Origin: Chrysomallon squamiferum
Lineage: Eukaryota; Animalia; Mollusca
Reading direction: 5' to 3'
DNA: 64,000 bases
Assembly (NCBI GenBank): GCA_012295275.1
Contig: CM022669.1
Coordinates: 13,082,001 to 13,146,000 of the forward strand
Positions within the stretch are counted from its first letter, which is position 1. Each line of letters begins with the position of its first letter. Positions 42,340 to 54,530 of the stretch are shown here, piece by piece. Under the pieces are notes generated by a model, which saw only the letters and a program-made list of their open reading frames with translations, did not search any database and had not been told where the DNA came from. The position numbers and the translations under genes were made by a program.

Positions 42340-43060
42340 GTATAACTCATGTAACTTGTAATTCATGAAGAGTAATTAATTTACTCGATTGAGCTGTATA
42401 TCCAAGAAGAGTTTAATTCAGTTAGGCTGTAATTCAAGAAGAGTAACTCAATTAGGCTGTAATTTCGATTAAGCTGTAATCCAGGAACAGTTTAGCTCAG
42501 TTAGGCTGAAACTCAAATAAAGTAACTCAGTTAGGCCGAAACTCAAATAAAGTAACTCAGTTAGGCCGAAACTCAAATAAAGTAACTCAGTTAGGCTGTA
42601 ACTTGATTAAACAGTAATCCAGAAACAGTTTCGCTCAGTTAGGCTGAAACTCAGTTAAGTTGTATATCCAAAACAGTTTAACTCAGTTAGGCTGGAACTC
42701 AAGAACAGTAACTCAGTTAGGTTATAACTAGATTAAGCTGTATTTCAAGATGAGTTTAAATCAGATAGGCCGCGACTAGATTGCTCTGTAAAACAGCTAG
42801 ATTGTAATTGAATAAAACTGTGACTAGCTTGGCCGAAACTCAATAAGAGTTAACTCAGTAGGGCTGCTATTCAAAAAAGATTTTAAGCTCAATAAAATGT
42901 TTTAACCTAGCTAGACAATAACTTAAGTCTATAAAAATGTAATTAGAGTGTAACTTCGGTAAATAATAATTCAAGTCATTGAGATGTAATTAAAATGAGT
43001 TACATGCAGATCAAAGATGCTGTAAGTCAAATGACCTGAAACTCAAGTAAACTGTAACTC
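42340..43060. repeat. Minisatellite with AACTCAGTTAGGCTG core (15/30-bp periodicity), degenerate at both edges
   Basis: Three near-identical 30-bp units AACTCAGTTAGGCYGAAACTCAAATAAAGT at about 42494-42583, with diverged copies on either side. Confidence 0.85.
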
Positions 43061-43987
43061 AACCGGGTTAGAATTCTAAATTTCATATCCAGCCCATCAC
43101 TGTTCATTTGGCTGTTGTGTGGATTTTTATGGAATGAAATGACTTTAAAATAATGTTCTCAACAATTTGTCTAGAGAATATTTGAGACATCACAAGAACG
43201 CACACAAAAAACTCTTTTTAAAAAAAAAAAAAAAACCTGTTCCAAATGTCACAGCTGAAATAAATTTTGCTTTTAGTGAAACAAAAACGAAAATTTCAAA
43301 GTAGGTTCATGTTACACCCACCAGATACACCAGTAAGTAAACGTGAAACTAATACACCCTACGCTTCAATTAAAACGACATTAACCTTTTGTTAGCAAAG
43401 TGAAATAGATATTTGTGTGGTGTTACGAAAGTGACTTATATTGTAAATGTGGCAGTAAATAAATCGTAAAAATCTAAACTTTGGCTTTCGGGGCGTTACG
43501 CTTGACGTAAATATTTCAGTTTATCACTGTTTATGGCGAGGTCTGTCGTTAAAAATTTCTCAACCCTGAAAACATCACCAAAAAAAACTTGTTAACCGAA
43601 ATGTTTGTTATTAAAAGAATCAGGGAAAGGTTATAGAAAAAAATAAAATAATAAAATACTCTTAATAAATAGAGACACAGAATAAGCGCAAAAAAGTCCA
43701 CTAACAAACACACACATAATTCTACACACAAATACATTAGTACGTAAACATACATGTACACACTTATATAAAGTACATATACACATAGACACATACTTAC
43801 ATATATACACATATGCATATGCATATATAGACATACACGTATATACATACACATATATTATATTATGTACACAGTTATTAAACAAGCACATTTGCACATA
43901 TTAAAACTAAACCTGTATAAGAAAGCATGTACACATACACACATTTGTACGAGTGTATGTACACTTTAAAGATGGATTCAGTGTTTT

Positions 43988-43991
<4 letters not shown>

Positions 43992-44042
<51 letters not shown>
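43992..44042. repeat. (GT)n microsatellite
   Basis: Directly visible. Confidence 0.96.
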
Positions 44043-44044
<2 letters not shown>

Positions 44045-44217
44045 CTTAAGCATACGGTTTTGCATTTTGTTTTCCTACAAATACCAGTCCGCCATGTTAT
44101 AACATAGCTATATTAACCAGATTTCTGTTACTATTACTAAATCATCTTTATTTCCCTGCCAACTGTATTTTATTATTTTCATAAATCATCATCACTGTCG
44201 TCATCATAATCATCACC

Positions 44218-44259
<42 letters not shown>

Positions 44260-44400
44260 CCACCTGTTTGGCTCGGTACAGTGATGAGTAACAAACGGTC
44301 CGATGACTCACCGGCGATGACCACAATGGCGTCACTGCGATGGGCAATACATTTACCTTACTCAGACAAGCACCTGCCTGTTTAACGAGCCAAGTACACG

Positions 44401-44415
44401 GTAACCCATGGCAAC
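44401..44415. promoter_or_regulatory. RFX X-box motif
   Basis: GTAACCCATGGCAAC fits GTNRCC(N0-3)RGYAAC and ends a GC-richer island (44260-44420). Confidence 0.35.
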
Positions 44416-44878
44416 AAATTATTTATATTTTATTCAAACTGGAAACGAACATTTCAAGAGGAGAGGGAGGATAAGGTTCTGTATTTGGAAATCGAGCGAT
44501 ACTTCATTTCTGTATACTTGCATTAACGTCAGTTCTACGGATAAAATATCTGAAAATGAGGCGTTGGTTAATATAAAACATATTGGTCTTTATTTATGAA
44601 TCAGAATTTTTTTTTTTTTTTTTTTTTTGGTACGGACGGGATTTTTGTTGATTGCTTTTTTTTTTTTATTCAGATAGCTAATATTTTAGAAAATTGTGTG
44701 ACTCACACATTTGTCAATTTATTATGCCCACCAAAGCATAAATTTTAAAAATTTATAAAATGTTCTGTTTTAATTTTTATAACGCATATAACGATGAGTG
44801 CTAATGCAGTGTTTGTCATTATTATTTCATTAGAAAGATACACATAAAATACTGCATCAGATACATGTTCAATAAATA

Positions 44879-44918
<40 letters not shown>

Positions 44919-45257
44919 CAAAAAAATTAATAACAACAACAACAACAACAAAACAACAATAATAATAAGAACAGGATAAGGAACATATTTTATGTTTACT
45001 TTAAGACTGTATTCAAATTAAAATAAATTTTTAATAATTATCTTTCTTGCCGTTTTTTTTTTTATGTAGGTCTTATTTTAAATGATTTTACTGAGAGCTT
45101 GTTTAAAAAACAAATCTGAATTTTTAGTCCTTTTTTACTTTGGACAAACTCTCTCTCTCTCTCCAGATAAACATTTGGTATCAGTTTTGACAGCTTTTTG
45201 CTACATTGATCCTTCTAATTCTTCATCATTGTGTTTTTGTACTGGATCAGAGGAAGA

Positions 45258-45470
45258 ATAAAGAAAGAATAAAAGTGTTTCATTTAACTGCGAACTCCGC
45301 ACATTATTTTATATCTTTTATATGGCATTGGACCATTAAGAACACTCAAATAGCGAAAGAGGAAGCTCACTATATCCACTTTATGGCCTGCTCTCAGCAT
45401 TTAGCAGCAAGGAATCTTTTATACATACCTTCTCAGAAACAGGTTAGTAAATACCACGGATTTTGTACAC
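45258..45470 (-). mobile_element. Decayed SINE body and 3' end, resembling a gastropod tRNA-derived SINE
   Basis: Ordered blocks GAAAGAA..TGTTTCATTTAAC..CACATT, GAGGAAGCTCACT, TTAGCAGCAAGGAATCTTTTATA and ACAGGTTAGTAAATACCACGG..TTTG match my recollection of the reverse strand of an abundant gastropod SINE. Not database-verified. Confidence 0.5.
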
Positions 45471-46448
45471 TAAATGAGTATTGGATCTGTGACTTCATGT
45501 AAGAAATGATGCCATTCGATCCTCAAGAAATTTATCTATAACTGGAATCTCAAACAGAAATATAATTTTTAATTCAAAAGTGAAAAAACAATAAATTGTC
45601 AAAGTAGTTATTAAATCTCTTGCAGTGTATATCTGAGTATATAACTTAAAAACAAAACAAAACGTTACTGCTTATAGTTCTTATATTTGGCACGTTTAAA
45701 AAAGGTGAACATGTTTAAGTCTTCTTGAGAAGAAAGATCATATTTCTTTGATCTTCCTTTTGATCTGTAGCCTTGTGAGTTTCTTGTTTCTCTTTTTTCC
45801 CTAATAATTCATGTTCTTGTTTTTTTTACGCTCATACCTTTTAGATTAAAACAATACTAAAACAAATTCTTGGACAAAAAAACAAACATCCAGAAACCAT
45901 CATTCTTTAATTACATTTTTCATCTCGTTTCATTATTTTGTATTTATGATTTTTTTTTACCTGTAACAGGTGTGGACAAACAGGTGAGGCGATGCTTGAA
46001 GTGTACAGGTGGTGTTAATTATGTTCTGTGAAGTTAACATTCTATTGGTCAGTACACAGACTGGTGCCAGGCATTTATTTCAATTTCAAACACCCTCATA
46101 TCCGTTTTCATTCCTAGCAGGTGTGGAAATGATAGACTGTGCTTTGGAAATTACTATCTCTCTGTTTCACAAACTGAACATTCCTACAGTACTGCAGTTA
46201 ATTTGGCTTAATTGGCAATTTGAAGATTTAGATATTTTCCATTTTCTTACTTTAAAATGTATAGATTCCTTCACTGATTTAATGTTTTACTTTTTCTATC
46301 TTGTCTTTCTATCTTTTCTTTTTCTTTCTTCCTTTCGCTCTCGATCTCTCTCTTTTTTTCTCTGTCTTCTCTCTATTTTTCTTTCTTTGTTTCTTCTTTC
46401 TCTCTTCTGTCTCTCATTATCTTTACCTCTATCTCTCTGTCGCTCATT

Positions 46449-46562
<114 letters not shown>

Positions 46563-47209
46563 TTATCCGTTTTTTATTCTCTCTTTCTGGCTCTCAGTTT
46601 CTGTTTCTTGCACACAAGCAAATACCCGCACATAAACACAGAATTCCTGTACGTAGATTTCTGAGCATCACTGTTAAGTCTCGTTCTGTCCTTTTGACAT
46701 TAAGGAAATGCTGGTCACGAAACGACACAGATAGCGACAACTACCTCGGAGTCAGTTTGCTGCAGTTATTATCAGAATTTCCTTACTACAACATCAGACT
46801 TGTTTTCTTCCAAAACTAGCTCGAGGCTTCAGTTTATCTCCAAGTAACTGCATCCTGTATTCTATGGTACCTGGAAATGTGCGGTTAAATAAATAATAGA
46901 AAAACGAAAACTCGGTCAAAATATATTTCTGTATGTATGTGATACGCAAGTGTATTAGCATGACTCGAATTGTTAAATTTAATTTATTTATTGATTCTGT
47001 TAAAGTCAGTAGTGCGGTATATTTTTAATCGTGTATATATTCTAATGTTCAAAGTTAGATGTATGCACAATAATAAATAATCATCTGATGGTAATTTCTA
47101 TTTTTTGTTTCTTCTCTTTATATATATGAGAAATGTTATATTCTTATTTAATATGTAAAGTATAAAGGCTTAAACTGGTCACTTTCTTTTATCGGAGAGA
47201 GACAGAGCG

Positions 47210-47500
<291 letters not shown>

Positions 47501-47541
47501 AAGAAATACAGAGATAAACAATTTATAGAGAGCGAGCGAGC

Positions 47542-47574
<33 letters not shown>

Positions 47575-49888
47575 TGATGGGAAGAAGAAAATTCTCCTTA
47601 TACTAGATTATCTTTTATAAAATGAATATATAACAAAACAGTTTAACGTCCTAGTAAGAACAAACTCTTTCTTTAGTTTTAGTGAATACAGAACAAAACG
47701 AACCCAATATCTATTTGTAGTCCATATATTTAGTTATTTATAAGACTGTCACTGATATTACAGCTTACTATTTCCCTGAACAAATATAGAATATTAAACA
47801 ATGCAGACTGGATACAACTATAGAAATGCTGCAGATATAAAGGGTACTTGGACTAGCGCTGTTGTGTATTAACTATTCAAAAAGTAGGTTAATTTCAAAA
47901 TAGTATTATACCGTCATTAGCTGTTGGAAATCTCTAATTGAAATAGTTTGTACCTTGTAAGAATGAAACGAATAGTTATAGCTATTTAGCACAGAGTTTA
48001 ATCAGTGGCTGTTAATAATGTTATTAAGATTACATATACAAAAATAATAATAAAAAAGATTTAACATTTGTTATACAGGCGCCTCACAAATAAACGGGCA
48101 GAGTATGACCGCGGTAGTTTCAGTGAAATCCTATTCTGTTGAAGAATGAGTTGAACAAAATAAATAATATTTAATAAAAAAAAAGCTTGGAGGTTAATGC
48201 ATATTACTTTGTATATACGCTGAAAGATACATTAAAAAACTGATAAATATTAAAAAAATAAAAATAAAATAAAATAAATAAATTAATAAATAAATAAATA
48301 AAGTTACAAGATTATAAATGTTTGACGAATCAAGTAATTTATTAGAGCAACAACAACAACAACAACAACAGTAATAATAATACTAATAATAGTAATAATA
48401 GTAATAATAATATTAATAATAAAACAAATAATAACAATAGTAATTATATTATTAATAATAATAATACATGTTTTAAAATCACTTTATTCGATATATATAT
48501 ACATAAAGTAAATAAACACTTTTTCTGTTCTATTCTTTTTTTCTATTATTTGTGGACGCGCCCTGAGATCAAAGACTTTGATGTGTTTTTAAAAGGTGAA
48601 CGTTACCCAGCAGAAAACCAGTCTACGATGAAGTTACCCCAGGTCAGATCAGCTGATAGACAACCCTTTGAAACTGATCTGTGATCTTCATAACGAGGCG
48701 ATCAAAGAAATATACACTCAATCTGGCAATAGTGTGCTGAAATTGACAACGCCAAAGAATAATAAGAATTTTAAATAATAATGATAATTTATAATAATAA
48801 TAATAATAATAATGTTGTTGATGGTGATGATAATAATAATAAAATAATAATAATAATATTACTGTTGATAATAATAATAGTGGTAGTCGTAGTAGCAATA
48901 GTAGTAGTAATATTAGTAGTAGTTGTTGTTGTTGTTGTAATTGTAGTAATAGTAGTAATAGTAATAATATCAATAATACGAGTCCCATTGCTATAACTAT
49001 TACTAAAAATAATAAAGGAAAAAGAGCAAAATTCCACGGGAGAAAAACAAAAGAATAATACACCGGGCGCCAGTTGTTTTATATAGTCATTTTTCACATT
49101 TATCACGTTATCATTGTTTAAACATAAAAATAGATACATATTTTTAATGATTTCATAGTAAAACAGGAAATAAAAGGGGCTAAAAAGAATACCAAAACGC
49201 TTTGTTTTGTTAGGTTAAGTTTCTTTAAACAAATAGTACAGTGCAAACCTGCTTGAACCGAAACCACCTCCTTTCTATCGCCATCAAAAACATTTTTACC
49301 ACCATATGTAAATCGTATGTGTTCGAATTTCGAACATCGTTTTGCTATCATAAATCATACAGGTATTTGTTTCGGCTATGTGGTATTAGTTATTTTCAAA
49401 CATGCTTACATTTTTCACTATCAGATACAAAGAGAAGGGAAGAACTAAGAATTCATAATTTTATCTCAAGTTAAAAGACTGGCGAATTTCTCAAATTCTT
49501 TTTCCTACGAATTACGAGAAGATATATAATTCCAACCTTTGATATGTCCATCATTTCTTCTGTTATTGCTGTTTACGTGGATTTTCACATAAAGTAGATT
49601 GAAGTGAAAATAAGCCACAGAAAATTGGTTTACGAAATATTGTTGTAATGTAATGTTCTCATGTTAAATTTTACTTTTAGGAGTTAATTATTTGCGCTAA
49701 GCTGTACTGAAGTATCTCATACACGTATTTCACAATGTTATAAAGCAGATAAAACAAAGATAAAATGTCTAAGATGAACGCAGATTTGACTAAACTGAAC
49801 TATTTACCATCTATGTGAGATGTAATTGTATACTGGTATAATTATAAGGATAAATAAATATGTGGTATTCTGCATTATTAAACCAACC

Positions 49889-49938
<50 letters not shown>

Positions 49939-50088
49939 TACTATAATCGATGTTGTTGTCGTTGTTGCTGTTGATGCTGTTAGTGGTCGTATTGTTGTGC
50001 TATTTTTAGTAGTAGTAATAATAGTAACAATACTATTGTATTAATATTATTATTATTATTATTCCTATTACAACTACTGCTACTACTT

Positions 50089-50167
<79 letters not shown>

Positions 50168-50473
50168 CATCATACAAGAAGTAGAAGGAGAAGAAGAAAA
50201 TCGTTTCCTATTAAACTGCAGCTGGGAGAGCAAACATGGCTTGTGAGGTTGTTTGTAAAGACTGATCTGTGTTAGTCGAATCTGAAACTGGACTCCTGAG
50301 TCAACACAGAGATGTGTTTCAGTGTCCAGAGAGGTTTCAGTCTAACAGTGTACAGCGCGCAATTGATGTCTTCAGAGCCGAGTGTTTTTTTTTTTTTTTC
50401 CTCTCTTTCTTTTTTAATTGGTATTTAAGTATTTCAGTCTCTTTTTTCTGTATCCTTAGTCATTTTTCGCTGG

Positions 50474-50525
<52 letters not shown>

Positions 50526-50548
50526 CTTTTTATCTGCCTATCTACCCA

Positions 50549-50579
<31 letters not shown>

Positions 50580-50807
50580 CTGCATGTGTGCGTGTCTATT
50601 CTGGGAGAGAATGAAAAAAAATGAGAAAAGAAGAAGTTCTATATGAACACAACTGCATATGAAAAGTCTGTCTTCCTATCAAAACAGCATATTGTATATA
50701 ATACGATTTTAAATATTTTAATCAAACGAGCTAACTTAAACAGATACATATATTTTCATCTTATTTTAATCTTTATGTGGGACATATTTGTATTTATATA
50801 ATGCAAT

Positions 50808-50945
<138 letters not shown>

Positions 50946-51303
50946 GTGTCTTCACAGTTTATTTTATTTTATCTTTTATCGTTTTTCTTCATTACATTTC
51001 TCATTATCAATAAGAAACGATACACAAGCACAAGCATTTAGTATTGTATTCAAGTCAAGCAATATTTTTCACGGAATTTCCTTTCTAGTGATAAAACAGA
51101 AATGAAGATTTGTTGTACAAGCATGTATTAATTTGAGTAAAACAAAACTATTAAGGAAAAGGTAAAAATAAACACGATATGTATTTGTGCATTCATAAAA
51201 ACGTATATACATACATTCATTCATACATAGATATATCCACATATACTCATATAGACACATAAAAGCATGCATACATGTTTTTTCTAATACATACATACAT
51301 ACA

Positions 51304-51339
<36 letters not shown>

Positions 51340-51505
51340 TACATACATATATACATATATATATGTATGTGTGTGTGTGTTTGTCTATATATATGTGTGT
51401 TTGTATGTATGTATTACTAATACATGTGTTGTATTTTTATACATACATACACATAAACAAAACACAAAAATATACACATGCATACATACAAACACATATA
51501 CAGAT

Positions 51506-51574
<69 letters not shown>

Positions 51575-52598
51575 TATGCATAGATACATATATACATAAA
51601 CATATACATATATATATAAAGCGCTGTCAGTTATTCGTTTTATACGATAAGAACAGAAAGCCTCGATAGCTTACAATTTTAAGAATCTATTCTTGGACTG
51701 GGCAATCTTTTCCAGTCAGAATTAATCTGACAATAAAGAAATCACTTCATACATCGAGATACTTCAGTTTAGGAAATTTATCGATTTTACATTTTTACCC
51801 CAAAGTGAGAGGTTTTTCCAAAAACGTCCGTCATACCATGACCCAAGTATACATTCTGACGAAACCAAAACGGTGGAGAAAAAAAAAAAAAAAAAAAAAA
51901 AAGTGCACAACGTCAATCACTTTGGGCACCAAACAAAATACAGTTTTACAAAAAAATAATAATAAAGAGAGAGATGACAGAAAGCTGAAACAGATCTGAA
52001 ATTTAATTTTACGAATAAACAGAATTCTAATAACTGATTACAAAAATAGAATTTTATAAGTAGGTATAAAAATAGAAGTCTAATAATAGATCAGAAAGGA
52101 TATCAATGTTCTCCAAACTTCTTATATCCCACCTGCCCACCAAAATCAATAAAAAAAAAAATATATATATAATAATATTAATAGTAGAAATATTAATATA
52201 ATCTAAAATTACTAAAGATGATAGTCTTTTCTTATAATTCTGTTATAACAAATTTATTTTATGGTATGTTTCCATATGGTACTATGCAGAATAATAAAAT
52301 AAATGTGATATAACATTATTATTATAATTATCATCATCATTATTACGATTATTATCATTATTACCATCATCACCATCATCATCATCATCATCTTTATTAT
52401 TAATAATAACACTATTTATTATTAATATTATTGTTTTTGTTGTTGTTGTTGTCGTTGTTGTTGTTATTGCTGCTAACATTGTTTAACAAATATATCTTTT
52501 CAGATCATCCACTTGCAGAGACACAGACAGAGAAGGGAAGAAAAATGAAGAGTGACAGAAGAGAGGGTACGTCCGAGAGAAAGAAAAAAAGAAAGAGA

Positions 52599-52687
52599 GG
52601 GGGGATATGGAAGGGTAGAGGGTGGATATGGAAGGGTAGAGGGTGGATATGGAAGGGTAGTGGGGGATATGGAAGGGTAGAGGGTGG
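52599..52687 (+). repeat. G-rich 21-bp minisatellite, 4 copies
   Basis: Unit GGATATGGAAGGGTAGAGGGT. Confidence 0.92.
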
Positions 52688-52815
52688 AGTGGTGTAAAGA
52701 GCACAGGGGAAAATAAACTCCAGCTGTGATTCTGTTTGAAGGCGACGAAGCGTTTGTCTATTTTCGTTCTGATTTCTCTGAGAACAAAGACTGTCACGGT
52801 GTAAATGACAAGCTA

Positions 52816-53069
52816 ACTGCGGGAGTCTTTACATACCTTACTCACGTCTTTAGCGAGATTCGTAACATGTCATTTGTCTTTTACGTCATTCGTTTTAAAT
52901 ACTGCGTGAGTCCCATATCTTACTCACGTCTTCATTGAGATTCGTAACATGTCATTTGTCTTTTACGTCATTCGTTTTAAATACTGCGTGAGTCCCATAT
53001 CTTACTCACGTCTTCATTGAGATTCGTAACATGTCATTTGTCTTTTACGTCATTCGTTTTAATAACTGC
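52816..53069. repeat. 82-bp tandem triplication
   Basis: Units start ACTGCG at 52816, 52901 and 52983. Copies 2 and 3 are essentially identical, and copy 1 differs in its 5' half. Confidence 0.95.
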
Positions 53070-53101
53070 ATGATACTTTGTTGTTATTACTATTGTTGTT
53101 G

Positions 53102-53157
<56 letters not shown>

Positions 53158-53833
53158 GTTCTTATTATTATTATGCTGTTATTACTACTAATAATAATAC
53201 TATTGCAATTGTTACTGCTACTATTACTATTGCTACTGCTTACTACTACTAATACTACGACTACTGCACTTGTTACTGCTACTATTACTATTGTTATCAT
53301 CATCACTGTCATCAAAATCATCATCACCAGTGTCATCATCATCATCATCTTCATCAACATCATTATGAGTATTAATTTAGTTTTTAAATTTTGTTGTTCA
53401 GTGAGATTTTTCTATTTGTGTCTTCTTACTCACACATTTTTCAGCCTTTGTATGTTTTCTTTCATTGGTTTACAAATAAATAAATAAATAAATAAATACA
53501 AGTTGTTTCTAACAATGATATAAAAATGAGGGGGATTTTTTTATATGGTGTTGATTTCATTTATTTTTATTAATACTTTTTTTTTAACATTATTATTTTT
53601 TTTCTTTATTATTATTATTTTTTTTCATTTTCTTTATTTTTTTCTTTTTTTTTTATTTCGAAAAACGTTTAATTTAATATGTTATAGCTATAATGACGAC
53701 CATCAAACTCAGTGAACAAAATGTATCGGAAATAAACACGATATTGTTCTGCGAGTGAAATATGCAATTTGCCTCATATGATACACCTGAAACTATTTAT
53801 TATTTATTGATTATACGTCATACCAGCACGCGA

Positions 53834-53861
53834 TGACTCACGTGCATATCACAGCCAATCA
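53834..53861. promoter_or_regulatory. Compact AP-1 / CACGTG E-box / CCAAT motif cluster
   Basis: TGACTCACGTG (overlapping AP-1 and E-box), then AGCCAATCA (NF-Y consensus). Motif match only. Confidence 0.3.
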
Positions 53862-54162
53862 TAGCGGAATTAATCAATGCGTTTCCTGTAGAATAAAAAA
53901 TGTCTTCCATGATGTAAATGACTATTAATATTTTCAACGTAAACCAGTGTTTTAATTGCATCGTGGTTTCCGTTCGATAGTCAGAAAAAAAAAAAAAAAA
54001 AAAAAAAAATTATGATATGTGGTGTTTTCTTTTGCCTTTATTATGTATTTATGTTAATAGTTATTTTTCTCTTTTTATTATTATTAATATTATTTATTTT
54101 AAATTATTTTTTATTATTTTTTTAACTTTTTATTATTATGATTATTATTTTTTTTTTTCTCT

Positions 54163-54207
<45 letters not shown>

Positions 54208-54273
54208 GATTTCTAACATGCATGTTTATTTTGTATCTGTATAATGGGGTATAATTAGTATGTGAGTGGTGTG

Positions 54274-54530
54274 TATGTATGTATGTATGTTTGTATGTTT
54301 GTATTATTGTATGTATGTATGTATGTATGTATGTATGTATGTATGTATGTTTGTATTATTGTATGTATGTATGTATATATGTATGTATGCATGTATGTAT
54401 GTATGTATGTATGTATGTATGTATGTATATATGTTTGTATATATGTATTATTGTATGTATGTATCTATGTATGTATGTTTGTATGTATCTATGTATGTAT
54501 GTTTGTATGTATATTTGTATGTATGTATGT
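54274..54530. repeat. (TATG)n imperfect microsatellite
   Basis: Directly visible. Confidence 0.94.

Noticed and set aside
42420-42720. Repeated TTAGGC as an interstitial telomere
   Set aside because: The hexamers are isolated within a 15/30-bp unit and never tandem.
52816-53069. CRISPR-like array interpretation (also considered for 23-260, 31900-32160 and 42340-43060)
   Set aside because: Units are head-to-tail without unique spacers, there are no cas genes, and the DNA is eukaryotic.
53847-53868. TATCACAGCCA, resembling the miR-2/13 5' end (also TCACAGCCAGCT at about 9296)
   Set aside because: The 3' halves diverge and no complementary precursor arm is present.
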